A DNA stretch of 64,000 bases from Chrysomallon squamiferum (GCA_012295275.1 CM022673.1:15810001-15874000), one strand, 5' to 3'. Positions 1 through 14,966 are shown, counted from the first letter of the stretch. Translations and numbers: made by a program. The notes: generated from the letters alone by a model not told the origin.

Positions 1-844
1 CGTCGTTTAACGTAAATGACATCAAAGAATTATATTGTAACTTACGTCTTTATATTTCTGTTTCTTTCCTCGTTTTCTCACAATAATATTACTAGCAAAC
101 AAAAATCGACAAAATGATTATTACTTTGCACTAAAACCCACACCTCAAACAGCATTTAAATGTCTTTTTTAACACTGCAATTTCGCTGAACTTCACTGTA
201 ATCCCCGCTCACAGGTCTCCGGGGTTTCGACATGACCCACTAACTCTAAAGAAGTGAACTAATGCAAATAAATTAACGGCCAAACCATATATTACGGAAA
301 GGTAAATTGTTTCAATAAAAACGACTTTCTTTTCTTCACTGAAATGTCTATTAATGGTTTTTATTTTCCAGTTTCGGCGATATTAAAACTCTTTCAAGTT
401 TCAAGCATAACGGCTGATACAATTTAGTGAACAAAAAACATCATTTGTACGACTAATATGAACTTAGATTACTTTATTTTGAACCAAACCACCCCGTCGA
501 GAGTTCGGGAGGTCCTATAGTTATTGTCTTCACGATGGATTTGCCTGAATTAACGTAAATGCCTGAGTGTCATAAAATAATGTTTTACAGTATTTTCAAA
601 ATTAGTATCACTTTCGAATATGTTGAACCGATCTGAACATTAATAATTATAAAACAAAATAAATAAATAAATAAATAAATAAATATTTGTTTATAGACCT
701 ACAATCACTTCAAACAGACTGGTCGAACTTTTAATTTTGGTTCCCGATGTTATTTTAATTTTTAATGTTTATTTTTGTACATAATACCTATGTGCACGTT
801 TACGTGTGTTAATAATATTAATAATAATAATAATAATAATAATA

Positions 845-904
<60 letters not shown>

Positions 905-1055
905 TATGTTTTGTATTCTATTTGACGAATTTTTTTTTTTTTTTTTTTTTATTACTTTATGTTAGTTTTATTATTAATTATACCTGCTCATGACTCACCA
1001 GCAATATATACACTTACTGATAATTTTTTAAATAAATAAAACACATACACATACT

Positions 1056-1110
<55 letters not shown>

Positions 1111-2323
1111 CTATTCCTTTACTGCCTCGGTCTTTGAACAACACTTCAAAAATTAACTCTTCGCAGAAGTGAATTGATTTCAACAACTACATTGTTAGGT
1201 TGTTGATTTTTTATGAGCAAACTTTGGAGTAAAAAGTCAGCTGCCTTTCTCTGTATCATAAAGTAACTCCAGTGTTCCACTGTTTACCACCAGGGTCATT
1301 TGTTTGATTAGGGTCACAGTAGGGTCGAAGTACGCCAGGTTTGTCAAAACAACGACGGCTAGCGAGAGGGTGGGTGAGCGCCAGACAGTCTCACGAGCCA
1401 CGTGTAAATCTCGTATTCATTGCTTTGCAACTGAGAAATTATGTTCCATAAATATTTACATAACTCCATAACGAGAAAGAAAAGAAAGAATCAAAATTAT
1501 ATAACTGAGAGTTTATTTCTTATTGACCTTAATGAACCTAGAGTGTCGTTAAATTTAAAAATAACGAGTGTCTGTTGCTTTCAAAGGGGAATTTGGTTTT
1601 GTTTTTTGTTTTTTGTTTATTTATAGCAGTCACTTCTTTATAGATAAAATATAAATGTTGAAGCCGTGTTCTTTAATGCGCATGTTGATCATTTTGAATT
1701 TTAGAAAATAGTGTATAGGCAAAAAGTTATAATATATTTTATAAGGAAAATAAATTCTGAACCTGAATCGTTTAAGAAGATAATGTTTAATTTCTGACAC
1801 TAGTAGAAATATTGCTCCAGTATAAATTCTTGGTCACTACGGTTCTATTTACAAAGTCATGCACTTAAAGATTAAACTCGGAAATTTAGTTTATATCTGT
1901 ACCAGTGAGCATACCTCTGTTTACAGCTAAATATTCATAATAAAACGTATTATTATATCAGTCTTTGAATATTTTCCCAGTCTATAATACTGAATGTTGT
2001 TATTAGTGGAATTGTTCCTGTAGTTGCTGGTTGTTACAAATTATCATGATTATATTCCAAACAGTGATTTCTGTAGCTGTGATGATAATGATAATAATTA
2101 TGATAGCTATGATGGTTATAGTAGAAGTTTTAATGATGATGATGACCACGATATTAATGGTCATAACCACATATGATGATGATGACAAAGATAACAATTT
2201 TGATACTGATGAAAACCACAGCGATAATATTGTTGATAGCGATAATATTGTTGATAATGATAATTATTATGATGATGATAAAAATTCTTATAACTGTTTT
2301 TTTTTTATTATTACCATTATTAC

Positions 2324-2433
<110 letters not shown>

Positions 2434-2437
2434 ACAG

Positions 2438-2718
2438 AGAGAAAGGAAGGCACGTCTTTCCGGGAATACATGAAAAACCTTGACAAGCTCGTTGTCTACG
2501 TCGACGAGAATCAGAAGGAAGACGACCAGACCTACGCCTCTGGCAACATGTGCAACTACGTCTCCAGCCTGAACAATGCCCTATTCGCGAAGAAGATCCA
2601 CATGCAGTGCATACGACGTCATGAAGGTCGATATGTCTTGATTGAGGCCTGGGGAATTCCAAACAGCTGGAGCCGACTGTTCAGTGCGGTTCTTTGCGAG
2701 GTTCAGGTTTATAGCTAA
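2438..2718 (+). CDS. Terminal coding exon of an upstream gene; C-terminal F5/8 type C / fucolectin-like (discoidin-type) domain
   Basis: Acceptor taaacag ends at 2437 after a T-rich tract; frame reads RKEGTSFREYMKNLDKLVVYVDE...CNYVSSLNNALFAKKIHMQCIRRHEGRYVLIEAWGIPNSWSRLFSAVLCEVQVYS* (TAA 2716-2718). C..GRYV....LCEV.VY is the typical end of F5/8C/F-lectin-like domains. Upstream exons not identified. Confidence 0.7.
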
Positions 2719-3214
2719 TGAGGCTAGTACCTGTTTAATTATTCAAGAACCTGTAGACAAGGGACATTCTTGAAGCCGGACAATTTTGCCGGCAACAACA
2801 AATTACAAAGGGTAAATCATTGGGAAAATTATTGCTTTTGCGTAATATTTTTTTAATTTCTTTTAAAAACAACAAAAAACAACAACAATAGCAACAAGAA
2901 GGAAAAAAACTAATACATATAGGCTTCTATAATGGACTGTTACCGTGATGTGACCTTGAACTTTAAATAATTATTGAGGTCAGTGATTCTGTTAAAGGAT
3001 ATTTTTACAACGAAAAAAAAAGGATTTTTTAATGTGAATGTTTAGTATGATATGCATCGTAGGATTGCAGAAATGTTTCTTAAATTTGCCTTAAGACAAA
3101 TAATTATTAAGGGGAATACCTGTGATGATTGATGTCATGTGTTCAAAACAAGAGAAGATAACCTACGGAGTGTTGTTAAAAGACCCCTCGTCAAGAAACT
3201 TTATTCTACGCCAG

Positions 3215-3602
3215 CATAATACGATTATGATGGACTGTATTAATTTAACCTGTTTAAAAGAACAACAGCTGATTTAGTAGGAACTGTATTCACATATTAC
3301 GTTAAAACAGCTGAACAGTATCAACTCGGGTGGGCTTTGTTCGTTTAATACCTTAAAACAGCTGGTTTAATACGATTCTGAAGGACTGTTCCATGCAATG
3401 CGTTAAAACAGATGAGTCATTACGATTCTGATGGACTGTATTCGTTTAATACGAAAAGCAGCTGTTTTAACGTGTTTTTGATGGACTGTATTAATGATAC
3501 GTAAAAACAGCTGATTGCGGTGGACTGTACTTACAATACGTAAACACTGCTGATTTAATATGATTCAAATGGATTATATTCACGTAATATGTAAAGCAGC
3601 TG
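3215..3602. repeat. Degenerate ~50-bp tandem minisatellite (about 8 copies) downstream of the gene above
   Basis: Recurring unit approximately ctgatttaatacgattctgatggactgtattcgtttaatacgttaaaacag with substitutions and indels; no unique spacers. Confidence 0.75.
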
Positions 3603-4618
3603 TACTATTGGTATCTTATGCACATACAACTTCGATATATATTCTCTTTTACTTTTCTTGTTTTATTTCTTTTTATCATAATTAAATTATTATTTGTTAT
3701 TATTTCTTTTGACTCTTGATGATGCATAATACGGCTTTTACTTACATGCATAAAATAAAAACGTATGAAATAATCGTACAATAGAATTTTTATTATTATT
3801 ATTATTATTTTAATTTATTTATTTATTTATTTATTTATTTATTTTCTTTCCTTATTATGCTTCTTTTTTATCTATATTTTTATTATTTTATTTTAATTCA
3901 TTGATATCAAGAAAAATATGCCTGCATTATAATTTTAATTTCAGTGAAAATCAGCTGTTTTTCTTCTGCCTACTGAGAAAGAAATAGGCATAAGGTTTAT
4001 GTAATATATAATATTTTAATTATTATCTATCATAATAAATATAGGAACTAAAAACATTTTAAAAGAAATATATACGTATACTTATAAGCCATGGAGAGTT
4101 CGTGTATGGATTCATATTTAGTGACTGTAATTATATTATTATTACGTAATGAAGTATTCATTCAACTCCATAACAACTAACAGTATACGCACTCATGACG
4201 TCATCAGATTAGTAGCTATCGTATTTCCAGTCTCTTTTATAATAGAGAGTGTTCTGTGAGGATAGGTAAATATTTAAAAGAAGGATTTAAAGGGAATGTA
4301 ACATAAAATAGGGCAGATAATAACAAGGGGAAACAATCCACTAATTTATTTGGCACGTCCGCCCCTACTAACTTAAATATATTACAAAATATATTTTGTT
4401 TTTGTGTTGTTTCCTTTTATTATTTATTTAATTTTGTTTTTGTTTTTGTTTTTCTTCTCTTGTTTAACCAGTTATTGCCTTAAATGGGTACAAAACAAAT
4501 ATGCAAAATTATCATTTTAATGTTCGTCATTGTAAAACTGTGTTGTTTATTTGTTATGTAATATGAGACAGGCTTTGGTAATTAAGCGACTATGTAATAG
4601 ATTTATTATTAATTATTA

Positions 4619-4666
<48 letters not shown>

Positions 4667-5988
4667 TAGCTTTCATTTCCGTATTTCCAAATTTAATCAT
4701 GTAAATGGTGACCCGACTTTGTGAACAGACTTATGATCTGAAACTTTAAAGCCATACTTATTATGCTAAATAATATTATTTCTTTGAGATAAATCATTGG
4801 GTTAATAGATATTTTTGAAACATATATATCATGCAGGGTCATCCACTACATTTACTGTTATTGATTACATATCTGCACAGTGTAAAAGGATAAAAAGGAT
4901 AACACAATTAGCTGTGAATGTAGAACTACAAAACTAATGTATGCTTCCAAAAACACACAATTTATGCAGGAGAGAGCTATAATGCTTTTTGTTTTAATTA
5001 TTACTGTTATTGTTTTCAAACGACATTAACGTCTAACCCTGTCGGGCAGCTATCAAATTATTCAGCCTATCTCACAGTGAACATATTCAGAGCAACAATG
5101 CAAATGGCGTAACTTCCGATACTAACTTCCGGAATGTTTGATGAATAATGTTTCAAGCTTAGAGAAGCCTGTCATTTAATTATAAGTGGTCAAATAGTAG
5201 GAAAATATTCACAGTTAATTAAAATTTTGGCGTTTTTTCAGTAGTGTTTTCATAGAGATTAAATCAAATCTAGGCATTAGAAAAAGATTTGGAAATTTAG
5301 AGAAATCGTTGCAGATTTATGTAAATGTTTCATTATTATCGAATGAATTGCAAATAAAAATCACTTTTAAGAAATTAATACAAACAAATATGAAGCTAAT
5401 ACATGGATGGACGCCCCAAGTACTTGTGAGATAGGCAGATAAGATAATATATGAACATATCGATATTAATATATTTATATTAATGCTACATATTCTGAAA
5501 CAAATCAGATAAAACTAAGAGATTCCCTCCATATAAAAAATAAATAAATAAATAAATACTTTTATTAATATCCTGTTTTTCATCAAACTATAATTTAATT
5601 CAGAATGTCCTTCAGTAGTTGTAAATGTTTGTTTATATATGATTATTATTTTTATTTTTTTAGTATGTTGTCATGAAAATGGGGTAATTCGATGCTCTTT
5701 TTTTTCTTCTTCTTCTTCCTTATGAACAAAATTAATATTATGTTTAAGAAACTAAACTTGTTTTTCATTAGCAGATTTTCTTTACTGTTGGAATCTGATA
5801 CTATTTTGTACAGTACTTATAACTTTGAACTAGTATATGCTGTGGTAACATACTCTGGCCGGCGGTGACGTAATGATTCTGCAAAGCATTGCCAAAATAT
5901 TCATTGCGGAACTGCCAGTGATTGGTCCGTTGGACGGCCAAGACCTTGTAACCAATATAATTAATTAGGATTAGAAAATTTTGAACTG

Positions 5989-6033
<45 letters not shown>

Positions 6034-7568
6034 GTTATTATTATTATTATTATTATTGCCGGTAGTTTAAAATGATGACATAGATTTTTTGCTGAACAGA
6101 CGAAAACAAAACCCATTAAACTGCATACGACCTTTTAACTAACAGACTAATCTATATGTATACCTCAAAGTGCATAATTTATTTATTGTTGTATATATTA
6201 GAAATATTGTTTGTAAAATGGTGCATATATCATATTATTGTGTTGATATTATTTTGTCCTAAAAAAACAATTTGTATTAAGTGAATCAGTGTTTTTAATT
6301 TTGTGTTTTAAAGAAAACAACAACATGTTTTGTTATTTTAGAAGTGGTGCTGCAGTTATTCGTTTTGTATAATAAATGAAAAACAAATTAATTGATTAAA
6401 AGTTTTGTTTCAGATAATATAATCTTCTAAAAAAAAATTGTAAGTTTTTATGTAAAGGATTATTAATTTTATCTTAACAATTGCTAGGCTTCATTATTTA
6501 TTGCCAGTATTTAAAATGCATTATATAATATAATTTATTTCAGAAATTTTAACCAATTTACTTTTATTACGAAACAATTTCATGCCTTTTTTAATTTTAT
6601 TTTTTATTTTTAATTTTTATTTTAATTATTTTTATTATTTTTATTTTTTTATTATTATTTTTTTTAATCGTTGTAAGAGTTCTTACATTTTGGGTCTTTC
6701 ATGTGGAATACAGATAATATATGCACAGGTTAATTAACTCCTTCACTTTTTCAATATTAACCTTTGGATATTTCCGTTAATAATATTCTGATATTTTTTC
6801 TTTCTACCACTTCAGTTAGGCCTCAGAATAAAAGCACTTCGGCAGTCATTTGAATAAGATGACTTCAGTTAGGTTCGCGAATAGGGCGATGATTAGGGGT
6901 GAAACTGAGGCTTTTTATACCCCTTGTATTCGGACTAAACTTTGGTCTGAAAGAAACTGACCCAACGAATTAAGGGTCTATCTGAAACACTGTGCCTGAT
7001 ATACGTATATATGCATATTTAATCGTACTAACCTTGGCCTTGTCAGGGTAATACTAGGTCAAGCATGTGTAAATCTTTTCTACCTCTTTTATTTAAGTAA
7101 TTATGAAATATCAAGAGTAGTCTGTATGATTATCCTATCCTAGAGCCAAATAAAATGTTACTGGTTCTAAAATAAAATTTAATCCATTTCTCAAGATAAG
7201 ATTAACGTATGCCTGAATGGTAGAAACATTACTGAAATTAATGTAGTAATTAATTTGTTTAGTAATCTTGATATTTGAAATTGTTTTAATTTATTGTTAG
7301 TTATTAAAACTGAAATTAAAATTAGTTGGTAAAATGATGAAGACAAGATATATAATTATAAAGAAATAATATCGCATAATGAACTTTTTCAAAGGATAAC
7401 ATAAATTTCTTTTAATAAAATTATTCTTCAATTATTTTTTTGTTGTTGTTTGGGGGATTTTTTGTTTATTTATTTATTGGGGGGGTTTGTTGTTGTTTTT
7501 CTTCTTTTTTTTTGTTCATTGTTGGTTTTTTTTTGGTTTGGGGGGTTTTATTGTTCTTTTTTGGTGGT

Positions 7569-7600
<32 letters not shown>

Positions 7601-8101
7601 CTCTCTCTCTCTCTCTTATATTATCATATAAATTTCATATCTTTATTTTTTACATAAAATTATTTTATTTCGATCACTTTTCTTTTGTATGCCTCTACAT
7701 AGATCATGTTTTATAATAGTAACACACGACTTCAGATTGCTTATGGGTAATTAGTTATGGAAAATCTATTATAAAAAATGTAATAAATTCCTTGCCTGTG
7801 TATTATGTTTGTATTTTTGTTGATGTTTACGGCAGTACTGTTATTGTCCATATGTAAATAAGTAAGTTTATACCATGACTGTACTTCGATATTACCGTAC
7901 TTCATCTAATAAATAATAATGTTGTTTGAAAACGTTGTCTGTTGTTTGTTTGTTTTCTTTGTTTTGTTTTGTTCTTGTTGAACGTTTTATTTCATTACGA
8001 AGTATTTTAAGTTACAATTAATTTAAATTTCTGTTTTTGTTTGTTTGGAGAAAGGTGGGAGGTTTCCTTTGTTGTTGTTTTGTTAGTTGTTGTTTTGGGT
8101 T

Positions 8102-8133
<32 letters not shown>

Positions 8134-8142
8134 TTTATTATA

Positions 8143-8143
<1 letters not shown>

Positions 8144-8173
<30 letters not shown>

Positions 8174-8174
8174 T

Positions 8175-8215
<41 letters not shown>

Positions 8216-8231
8216 TTTCTACTACTACTAC

Positions 8232-8293
<62 letters not shown>
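8144..8293. repeat. Compound (TAC)n/(TAT)n microsatellite; representative of dozens of (ATT)n, (CA)n, (TC)n and poly-T tracts in the window
   Basis: Direct reading; such tracts produce the poly-Y/T/I/L/ER ORFs in the ORF track. Confidence 0.95.
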
Positions 8294-8295
<2 letters not shown>

Positions 8296-8740
8296 TGTGG
8301 TTGTTTTCGGTTTTGGGAAGGGTTTTATTTTTTTTACATTATTATTTATTATAAATGTTGTTTTTTTTTATATGTTTATGGTCTATAAACATAAATTATA
8401 TGATTGTTTTACTATATTAGATTACTAATTAGGTAACTGAAAATTCACATGTTGTCTTATAAAACTCGTGAATGAATCAGAAAACTTATGTCTTGCAGTC
8501 AGTTTTGACAAATATTGTCTATCCTGTGGATATTTTAAAAACATTCTTAACATGTGACGAATACAGTGGAAGTTATGTAGCCCAAGAAGGTCGGCAGCAG
8601 TCGCCGTAATCTGATACGGACGACAGGGATGAAGTCTTCGACATCAGCAACAGTATTTTTCATATGCTTCCTGAGAAATCTGATCGTGGAAAATGATAAT
8701 CAAATATACTATTCTACTTAAAATATAGATATTTGATTTA

Positions 8741-8783
<43 letters not shown>

Positions 8784-9621
8784 TTTTATTTTTTTTTTTA
8801 TTTTTTTTTTTTTTTTTTTTTTTTTTCATTTTTTTTTATTTTTTTATCTGTTTGTTACCAAATGGCTTTGTCTTCTTCTTTGTCTTTTTTCCACCTTTTT
8901 TAAATGGACTACTCCGATATATACAGCATGTTTTTTTGTAAACTATAATTCTAAAAGAATAATGCTGAATTAAAATAAAAAGACTGTATAAGACGATTTA
9001 ATGTTAGAAAAAAATATATTTTAGTAAAATGAATATTTGAATTAATGAAGTAACAAAGAATGACTGTGCAAAACAAAACAAAAATTAAATAAAAAAATGT
9101 TTTAAAAAACCTGGACAACGAACGATTTTGTTATATGATATTACAACAAATTTATATTGTATTTGTTATTAAGTACAAACGATGAAAAGAAAGATGTAAA
9201 AAGAAATGTTTTGCTTAATATGGAGTACACATTAAATGAGAGGTGATGAGAGAGGAAAGCTGCTGTTTCCTGTGAGGACAACTGGTTTTCGATTAACACC
9301 AAGGAATATTTTATATTTATTTTTGTTAAATGACTCAGAAGACAGGAGTGTGGTTTTGATATATAGTTTATTATTATTATTATTGTGTGTGTGTGTGTGT
9401 GTGTGTGATAGCCCATAAAAGACATGAATTAATAATTATTATTTTTATTATTGAAGTTCTCGGATTGTTTTGCATATATACAAAACTTTATTTTATGTAC
9501 AAAATTATTTTAAAAATTATAATTAAAATTTTGCAAACTATTTGTGTAAGCTCTATATGAAATATAAATGGTGTTTGAATTTAGTCTTAGATCCTATTCT
9601 CGTCCTACCTCCTTTATTTTA

Positions 9622-9691
9622 ATATCCGAAAAATTCCGAAATCCGAAACACATCCAGTCCCAGTCATTTCGAATAAAAGATTCTCAACCTG
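9622..9691. mobile_element. Terminal fragment of a pogo/Tigger-like (Tc1/mariner) DNA transposon
   Basis: atccgaaaaattccgaaatccgaaacacatccagtcccagtcatttcgaataaaagattctcaacctg resembles the Tigger4/MER46-type end as I recall it (...CCGAAACACTTCTGGTCCCAAGCATTTCGGATAAGGGATACTCAACCTG); other end not found. Confidence 0.5.
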
Positions 9692-10524
9692 CATAATTGT
9701 TGATGCATGTGTGTGCGCGATTGTATCTGCATTGTGTAAGCATGTTTCGGTATGTTTGTTTGTCTGGGTTTGTATATCAGATTGCGTGAATGCATATTAT
9801 CCTGCACTATGATTCACTGATTGAACATTTTCCGCTGACATGGTAATATTTCCGACTGTCCAGTTCAAAAATTTAAAAATCTATCTCTTTATGGTCCAAG
9901 GGGAACAACTCTAATTAAATATCTCGGTCCGGTGAAGAAAGAGAACCATAAATTTGTTTTTATTTTTGTTGCTATCAGGTGATTAAGAGTTCAGTTTGAT
10001 AATAGTTTACAGTGTCTTGTACAGTGTATTTTTTATTGTTATTAATAGTCAAATTTTGTTGTTATTCAATCTTACTAAAGCCAAGGAAAGCGAGTAGACA
10101 GCAGCACACTGAAACTTTGGTCTCAAGTCACAATTTCGGTGAAAATTTAATTATATATAGTTGCTGAGGCGCTAAATGTATTATTTGTCTGTCAGATTTA
10201 AAAAAAAAAAAAAAAAAAAATTGCCAATGGCGTGTTAAATTCTTAATATATATTAAAATTAGTTTTTCTCTCAAACATTTATTTTGTTTGTTCTTGTGTT
10301 TCATATTTTTTTTTTGCAATTGTGAAAAGTAGTGTTAGTTATCAGATAATTAATTTATATATATATAATATATATTTAAACTTTTATATAACTTGTTTAT
10401 TTTTATTTTTTTATTTTTTTTTGTGGTTATTGTCTTTTCTTCTTCTTCTAGTAATGTCACTGGATCTGTAAAGCACATATCAGTTCATTGTTCAGGTTTG
10501 TTCAACATAGCAACAAAGAAAATA

Positions 10525-13500
10525 ATGTTATTTATTTCTCATTTAAAATCACTATCAGTCCATGGTAATAAACAGTTACTGGCACAGACTGTATCAGGCA
10601 TGTTTACCCGATTATCATCATCATCAGCTATCCCTACAAGACATCGTCATGGCAACAGAGACCAGTCATACACTACAATCTCAACAACTAATACTGATAT
10701 ATGGCAGAAAGTTAAAGTATTTCAGAGAAGTGTGAGAGATAAAGAACTGAAAATAGATGTTGATATAAGTGTTTTGGACACGCATGTGAACAAGGATGTG
10801 ACAGACATACCAACAGTGGTTGCACTAACTGGTGTCCCAGGGAAAGTAGATGACTTTGAACCATTAATAACAGAGCTGAGAGACCAGGGTATTCGATTTA
10901 TAATACCAATATTTCCAGGTACTTCACAAAATTAATTAAATCACAATTGAATTTACCTTCTTCAATTACGAATGTTGACCAAAATTTTAAAAATTGTATT
11001 AGCTTTTATGTGTAAACCTTACAGGTAATTGACAAAAGAATTAGATATTACACATAACATATAATGAACTTTTAAGCTTTCTTTGTTTTTATTTTATTTT
11101 ATTTTTTCATTTTTCATTCATTTTATTTTTTACTTTGTCAGATTTAAAAACAAAATATTTCATTAACATCATTTCAATAAATACATTTTTTTGTAAATGA
11201 TAATGATTACCTTTATCAGGATTTGAACCGAGTATCATAGAGGATTGGAAAATCAGACACATAGACTTCAGTACAGATGGCAGAGCTCAGATGTTATGTT
11301 CAATTCTTGACAAGCTGAATATTAATAGGTAAGATGAAACAACTAACATGAAATAAATCACTTAAATTATAACCCAATAGGTCATCTATGTTATCAAACT
11401 TGTCAAAGGAACATAAAACAATGTGTTTATTTCTGTATGGTTATGCTACTCATTATTGGCTGCATCTGTTTGCTAATAATGAAGTTAGGCAATAAAATAA
11501 TTAGCTTGAGATATTTATGCATTAATTCTATCACTTTTTTTTTTTTTTTTTTTAAATACATACAACATATAGGTAGACTGTTAACATTAACTGTATTTTT
11601 TAATTATCTCTTTACAGAGTAGACATGGTTTTGTGTTACAGTGCTGGTAGCTGGCTCGGTTATAAGATTGCAGCAGAATGGGACATTGTCAAGTCTGCAG
11701 GTTTTCTCAACCCTGCTGGAGCAAGACCACACCGGTACTCTTTATTAGCTTAAATAAAATTACATTTCATAAAACATTTTGATATTCCTCTATCTTTCTA
11801 GTGACAATAACTTTAAACAAAAATATTCATCAGTGCTCCTACCTGGATTTTCCAGTTCCAGTAGTGCACCATGACATTTTCATCATATTTTTATCATCTG
11901 TGTGTCGTATAGGTGGATCTTATAAATAAATTAAAAATAAATCTTTTGCTGTTAATTGTTAAGAGTAGACCATGCAGTGATAAAGTAGGTTTTACTTTTC
12001 TTGTTTGTAAGAGGACGGGCTGTGGGGTTATGTGATATTGATATGTTGATGTAATATATATGTATGTAACTCAATAGTTACTCACTATATCAGTTACTCA
12101 TAAAAATCATTGTCCCAGGAACAAACAACCAAAACAGATTTCAAATCAAAGGGCTTTAATAATGGGTAAAACTTGATATAGAAATATTAACATGTATATT
12201 GTAACTCGTACGACTCCAAGGAGGACAAACTGACCAGGTTCGTAAAACCAGATTTAATGAATACAAATCATAATAAAGTTGTAAAATCAGAACAAATCAA
12301 ACAAAAACAAAAACTAACCCAATACAAAAAAAAAAACACAACCAGTGTCACCATAGGCACTAACAATTATTTAAGGTCCTGATATGTCCTTGCTGTCTGA
12401 GAATGTTCCCCTTTATATTCTAGGCAGCAACTGCCATACATGGTCAATGCTAATGAAAGCTCCCAACAGGTGGCAGTCATCTTAACCTATCCCACTAGCA
12501 TTTATTCCCTTCTAATTACTTTTATGATCTAATTACTTAAAAACATTTAATACTCACCTTCATAGAATAGGAGACACTGGTTATTATTTCTCTATTCTAC
12601 ATTATTAAGAAGAAAAAATAGTGTTGTATGTGAAACCTGATCATTGTCTTTTAACATTAAAATTGATTATTTTTGTTAGACAAATAACTTAACAATTCAT
12701 CCTTGTTGATAAATCATGCACTTTTTAATTCTGTTCTGCTTTTCGATTTTATGATTGTTTTTGAGAATGTTAAACAATAATTATTTATTCAACTTACTTC
12801 ATTTAAATTTTTATATATAAAAGTTTCTTTTAGAATTTTGAGACCATTTTTCTTGATGAAGCTGGTTGCTAAAGCTCTTTTGATTGGATGGCTGCAAAAG
12901 CTTCTCATGCCGGTTGTGGTGTATGTATACAAAATACAAGGTATGTTATAGTGCGCAATAAAATTTACTTCTGATGGTTAAAACAAAATATTTAATATTA
13001 CTTCAGACTGATTTTCTGAGGGGGTTGAAGACCCCAAAACTTTGTTAACAATGAAGTATGGCTTCAAAATAACATCACTACCTCCATTTTATTATTGTGT
13101 ATATTAATATCATAATTACTTTTTTGTTTTATCTTTGGTGAATAGTTTGCAAGAAATAATAAAAAATAATATGTATAATAATAGTAATAATTTATATAAT
13201 AGAAGGTATGCATTTAGGTTACATTAATTTTATTGTTTGTTTCAAGGTTTTGTTGGAATTGTTCCTGGTGTTCATGTAATTTTAACTCAGCAAGTGGCAA
13301 CTAATCAGAACTTTGAAAAGGTAAAATTTATCACCAGCCTAATATTTATTAATAGATGTATGAACATATTAATTATATATTTATTTATAAATGTATTAAA
13401 TAGAAAATGTCCACACAAAAAAATGTAACAAATGAAGATGGTTAATCAAAATAAATTAGAATTTATTGTTCCCTGATGAAAGGTTATTGTTTTAATTTAC

Positions 13501-14751
13501 CTATGTTATATATTTTTTGTTATTTCAATTTTTTTATTTTAGTATTTATTATTTTTCTTATTCTTTTTATATTTATTTTATATATTAGTTTTGTATTATT
13601 ATTCTTTTTTTTATTTGTTTGTGGATTTGTATGGGGTTTTGTGATTTTTTGGTGTTGTTATTGTTGCAAAAATCATATTATGCTTTTCATTAATTATTAG
13701 AGTATGATTGAATAATACATAGACGTAAAATCAGTCCTGCACACTGAACCCACTTTCTGTTGCTTCCAGTACTCCAACACTGATTTTCTACAGATCGTGA
13801 CGTACAATTTTCTACCCACACTTTTTGCAAATATAATTATACAGAAAATATGTAAAACTCTTAGTTATAATCATCAGTAAAATGTTTAGAAGTGGTGTTA
13901 ATAAATACTTATTTATTTTATTTTATTTTATTTTATTATTGTGTTAATGAATTACAGATGCCTGAATATGCCACCAAAATTGCAGAGAAGAAATTACCAA
14001 TCTTCATAGCTTGTACAAGAACAGACACCATTATAGAAAATGAAATAATAAGAGAAATGGCAACAAAGCATCTACATATACCAGAAGAAAATGTTATAAA
14101 ATATAATCAGGAGAAAACACCTGACAAAGACCCATTATGTAATTTGAATCTTTTTATTTGTTTATTCAGTTAGTTAGTTAGTTTTATGTAGTTAATTTGT
14201 TTGTTAGCTAGTTAGTTAACTGTAGTCATTATGTTAAATATCTGTTTTTATTATTATTTTACTTACATTTTATTTTATTTCATTTTAATTTTATTTTTAA
14301 ATTCTTATCATAATGGTTTATCATTCATAACATTTTCAAAATATATATTATTATTCCTTCTTGTTTTTTTTCTCTCCCAACATTTATGTATTTACTTAAT
14401 ATTAAATAAATTTTATATTTCATTTCCAAAGGAGTTATGTACCTTGGACCAAGACCAAGATCAAGATTATAATTAACTGTCTAGTAATATTGTTGTCAAT
14501 TTATTTGCCTATTTATTTATTGATCTGTCTGACTCACTGTCTGTTTTTTATCTAACTAACTTATTTATATGTTATTTTTTTTTTTTTTTTTTTTTTTTTT
14601 AACAGCATACACTGGTGTCTGGTTGGCGAGATTTCTGCAGTTTGAGAGGGGAGGTCACTGGGTACACAAAGCCCACTCTAAAGAAATAACAGCACAGATC
14701 CTAGATATTGTAAAACATGTCCAGAAAAATAAACCACGATCCAGATATTAA
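10525..14751 (+). CDS. Alpha/beta hydrolase fold protein (DUF1057-like), about 375 aa, 7 coding exons
   Basis: Exons 10525-10918, 11220-11328, 11618-11734, 12834-12940, 13247-13320, 13958-14138, 14606-14751; all GT-AG, phases match, total 1128 nt. Motifs: PTVVALTGVPG (oxyanion region), GIRFIIPIFPGF, nucleophile elbow VLCYSAGS, NPAGARPHR, acid TRTDTII, catalytic His FERGGHW. Start codon choice (10525 vs 10600) uncertain. Confidence 0.88.
12065..12601 (-). mobile_element. Possible solo LTR in intron 3 of the hydrolase
   Basis: ~540-bp block starting TGTAAC and ending CTACA, with minus-strand ATATAAAGGGG (TATA-like, ~12408-12418) and ATTAAAG (polyA-like, ~12154-12160). No clean target-site duplication seen. 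Confidence 0.3.
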
Positions 14752-14917
14752 AATATTCATTACTAACATTGTGTGTATTATATTGATATAAATACTTTAG
14801 ATAAACATAAATGCATTTTTTTCAGACTATATATTCACATTTATGAGGATTTTATTATAAACTAATTGAAATAAGAAATATTACTTAATTTCTTTTCATT
14901 ATTTTACTTTTATTTTT

Positions 14918-14966
<49 letters not shown>

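Noticed and set aside
3215-3602. Regularly spaced repeat that might suggest a CRISPR array
   Set aside because: Eukaryotic context, degenerate contiguous units, no unique spacers, no cas genes.
5065-5436. 12-bp inverted repeat gcctatctcaca / tgtgagataggc as MITE ends
   Set aside because: Short, no target-site duplication seen and no second copy in the window.
8560-8700. GC-richer patch resembling an exon
   Set aside because: Stops in the plus-strand frames, no recognisable peptide and no convincing splice pair.
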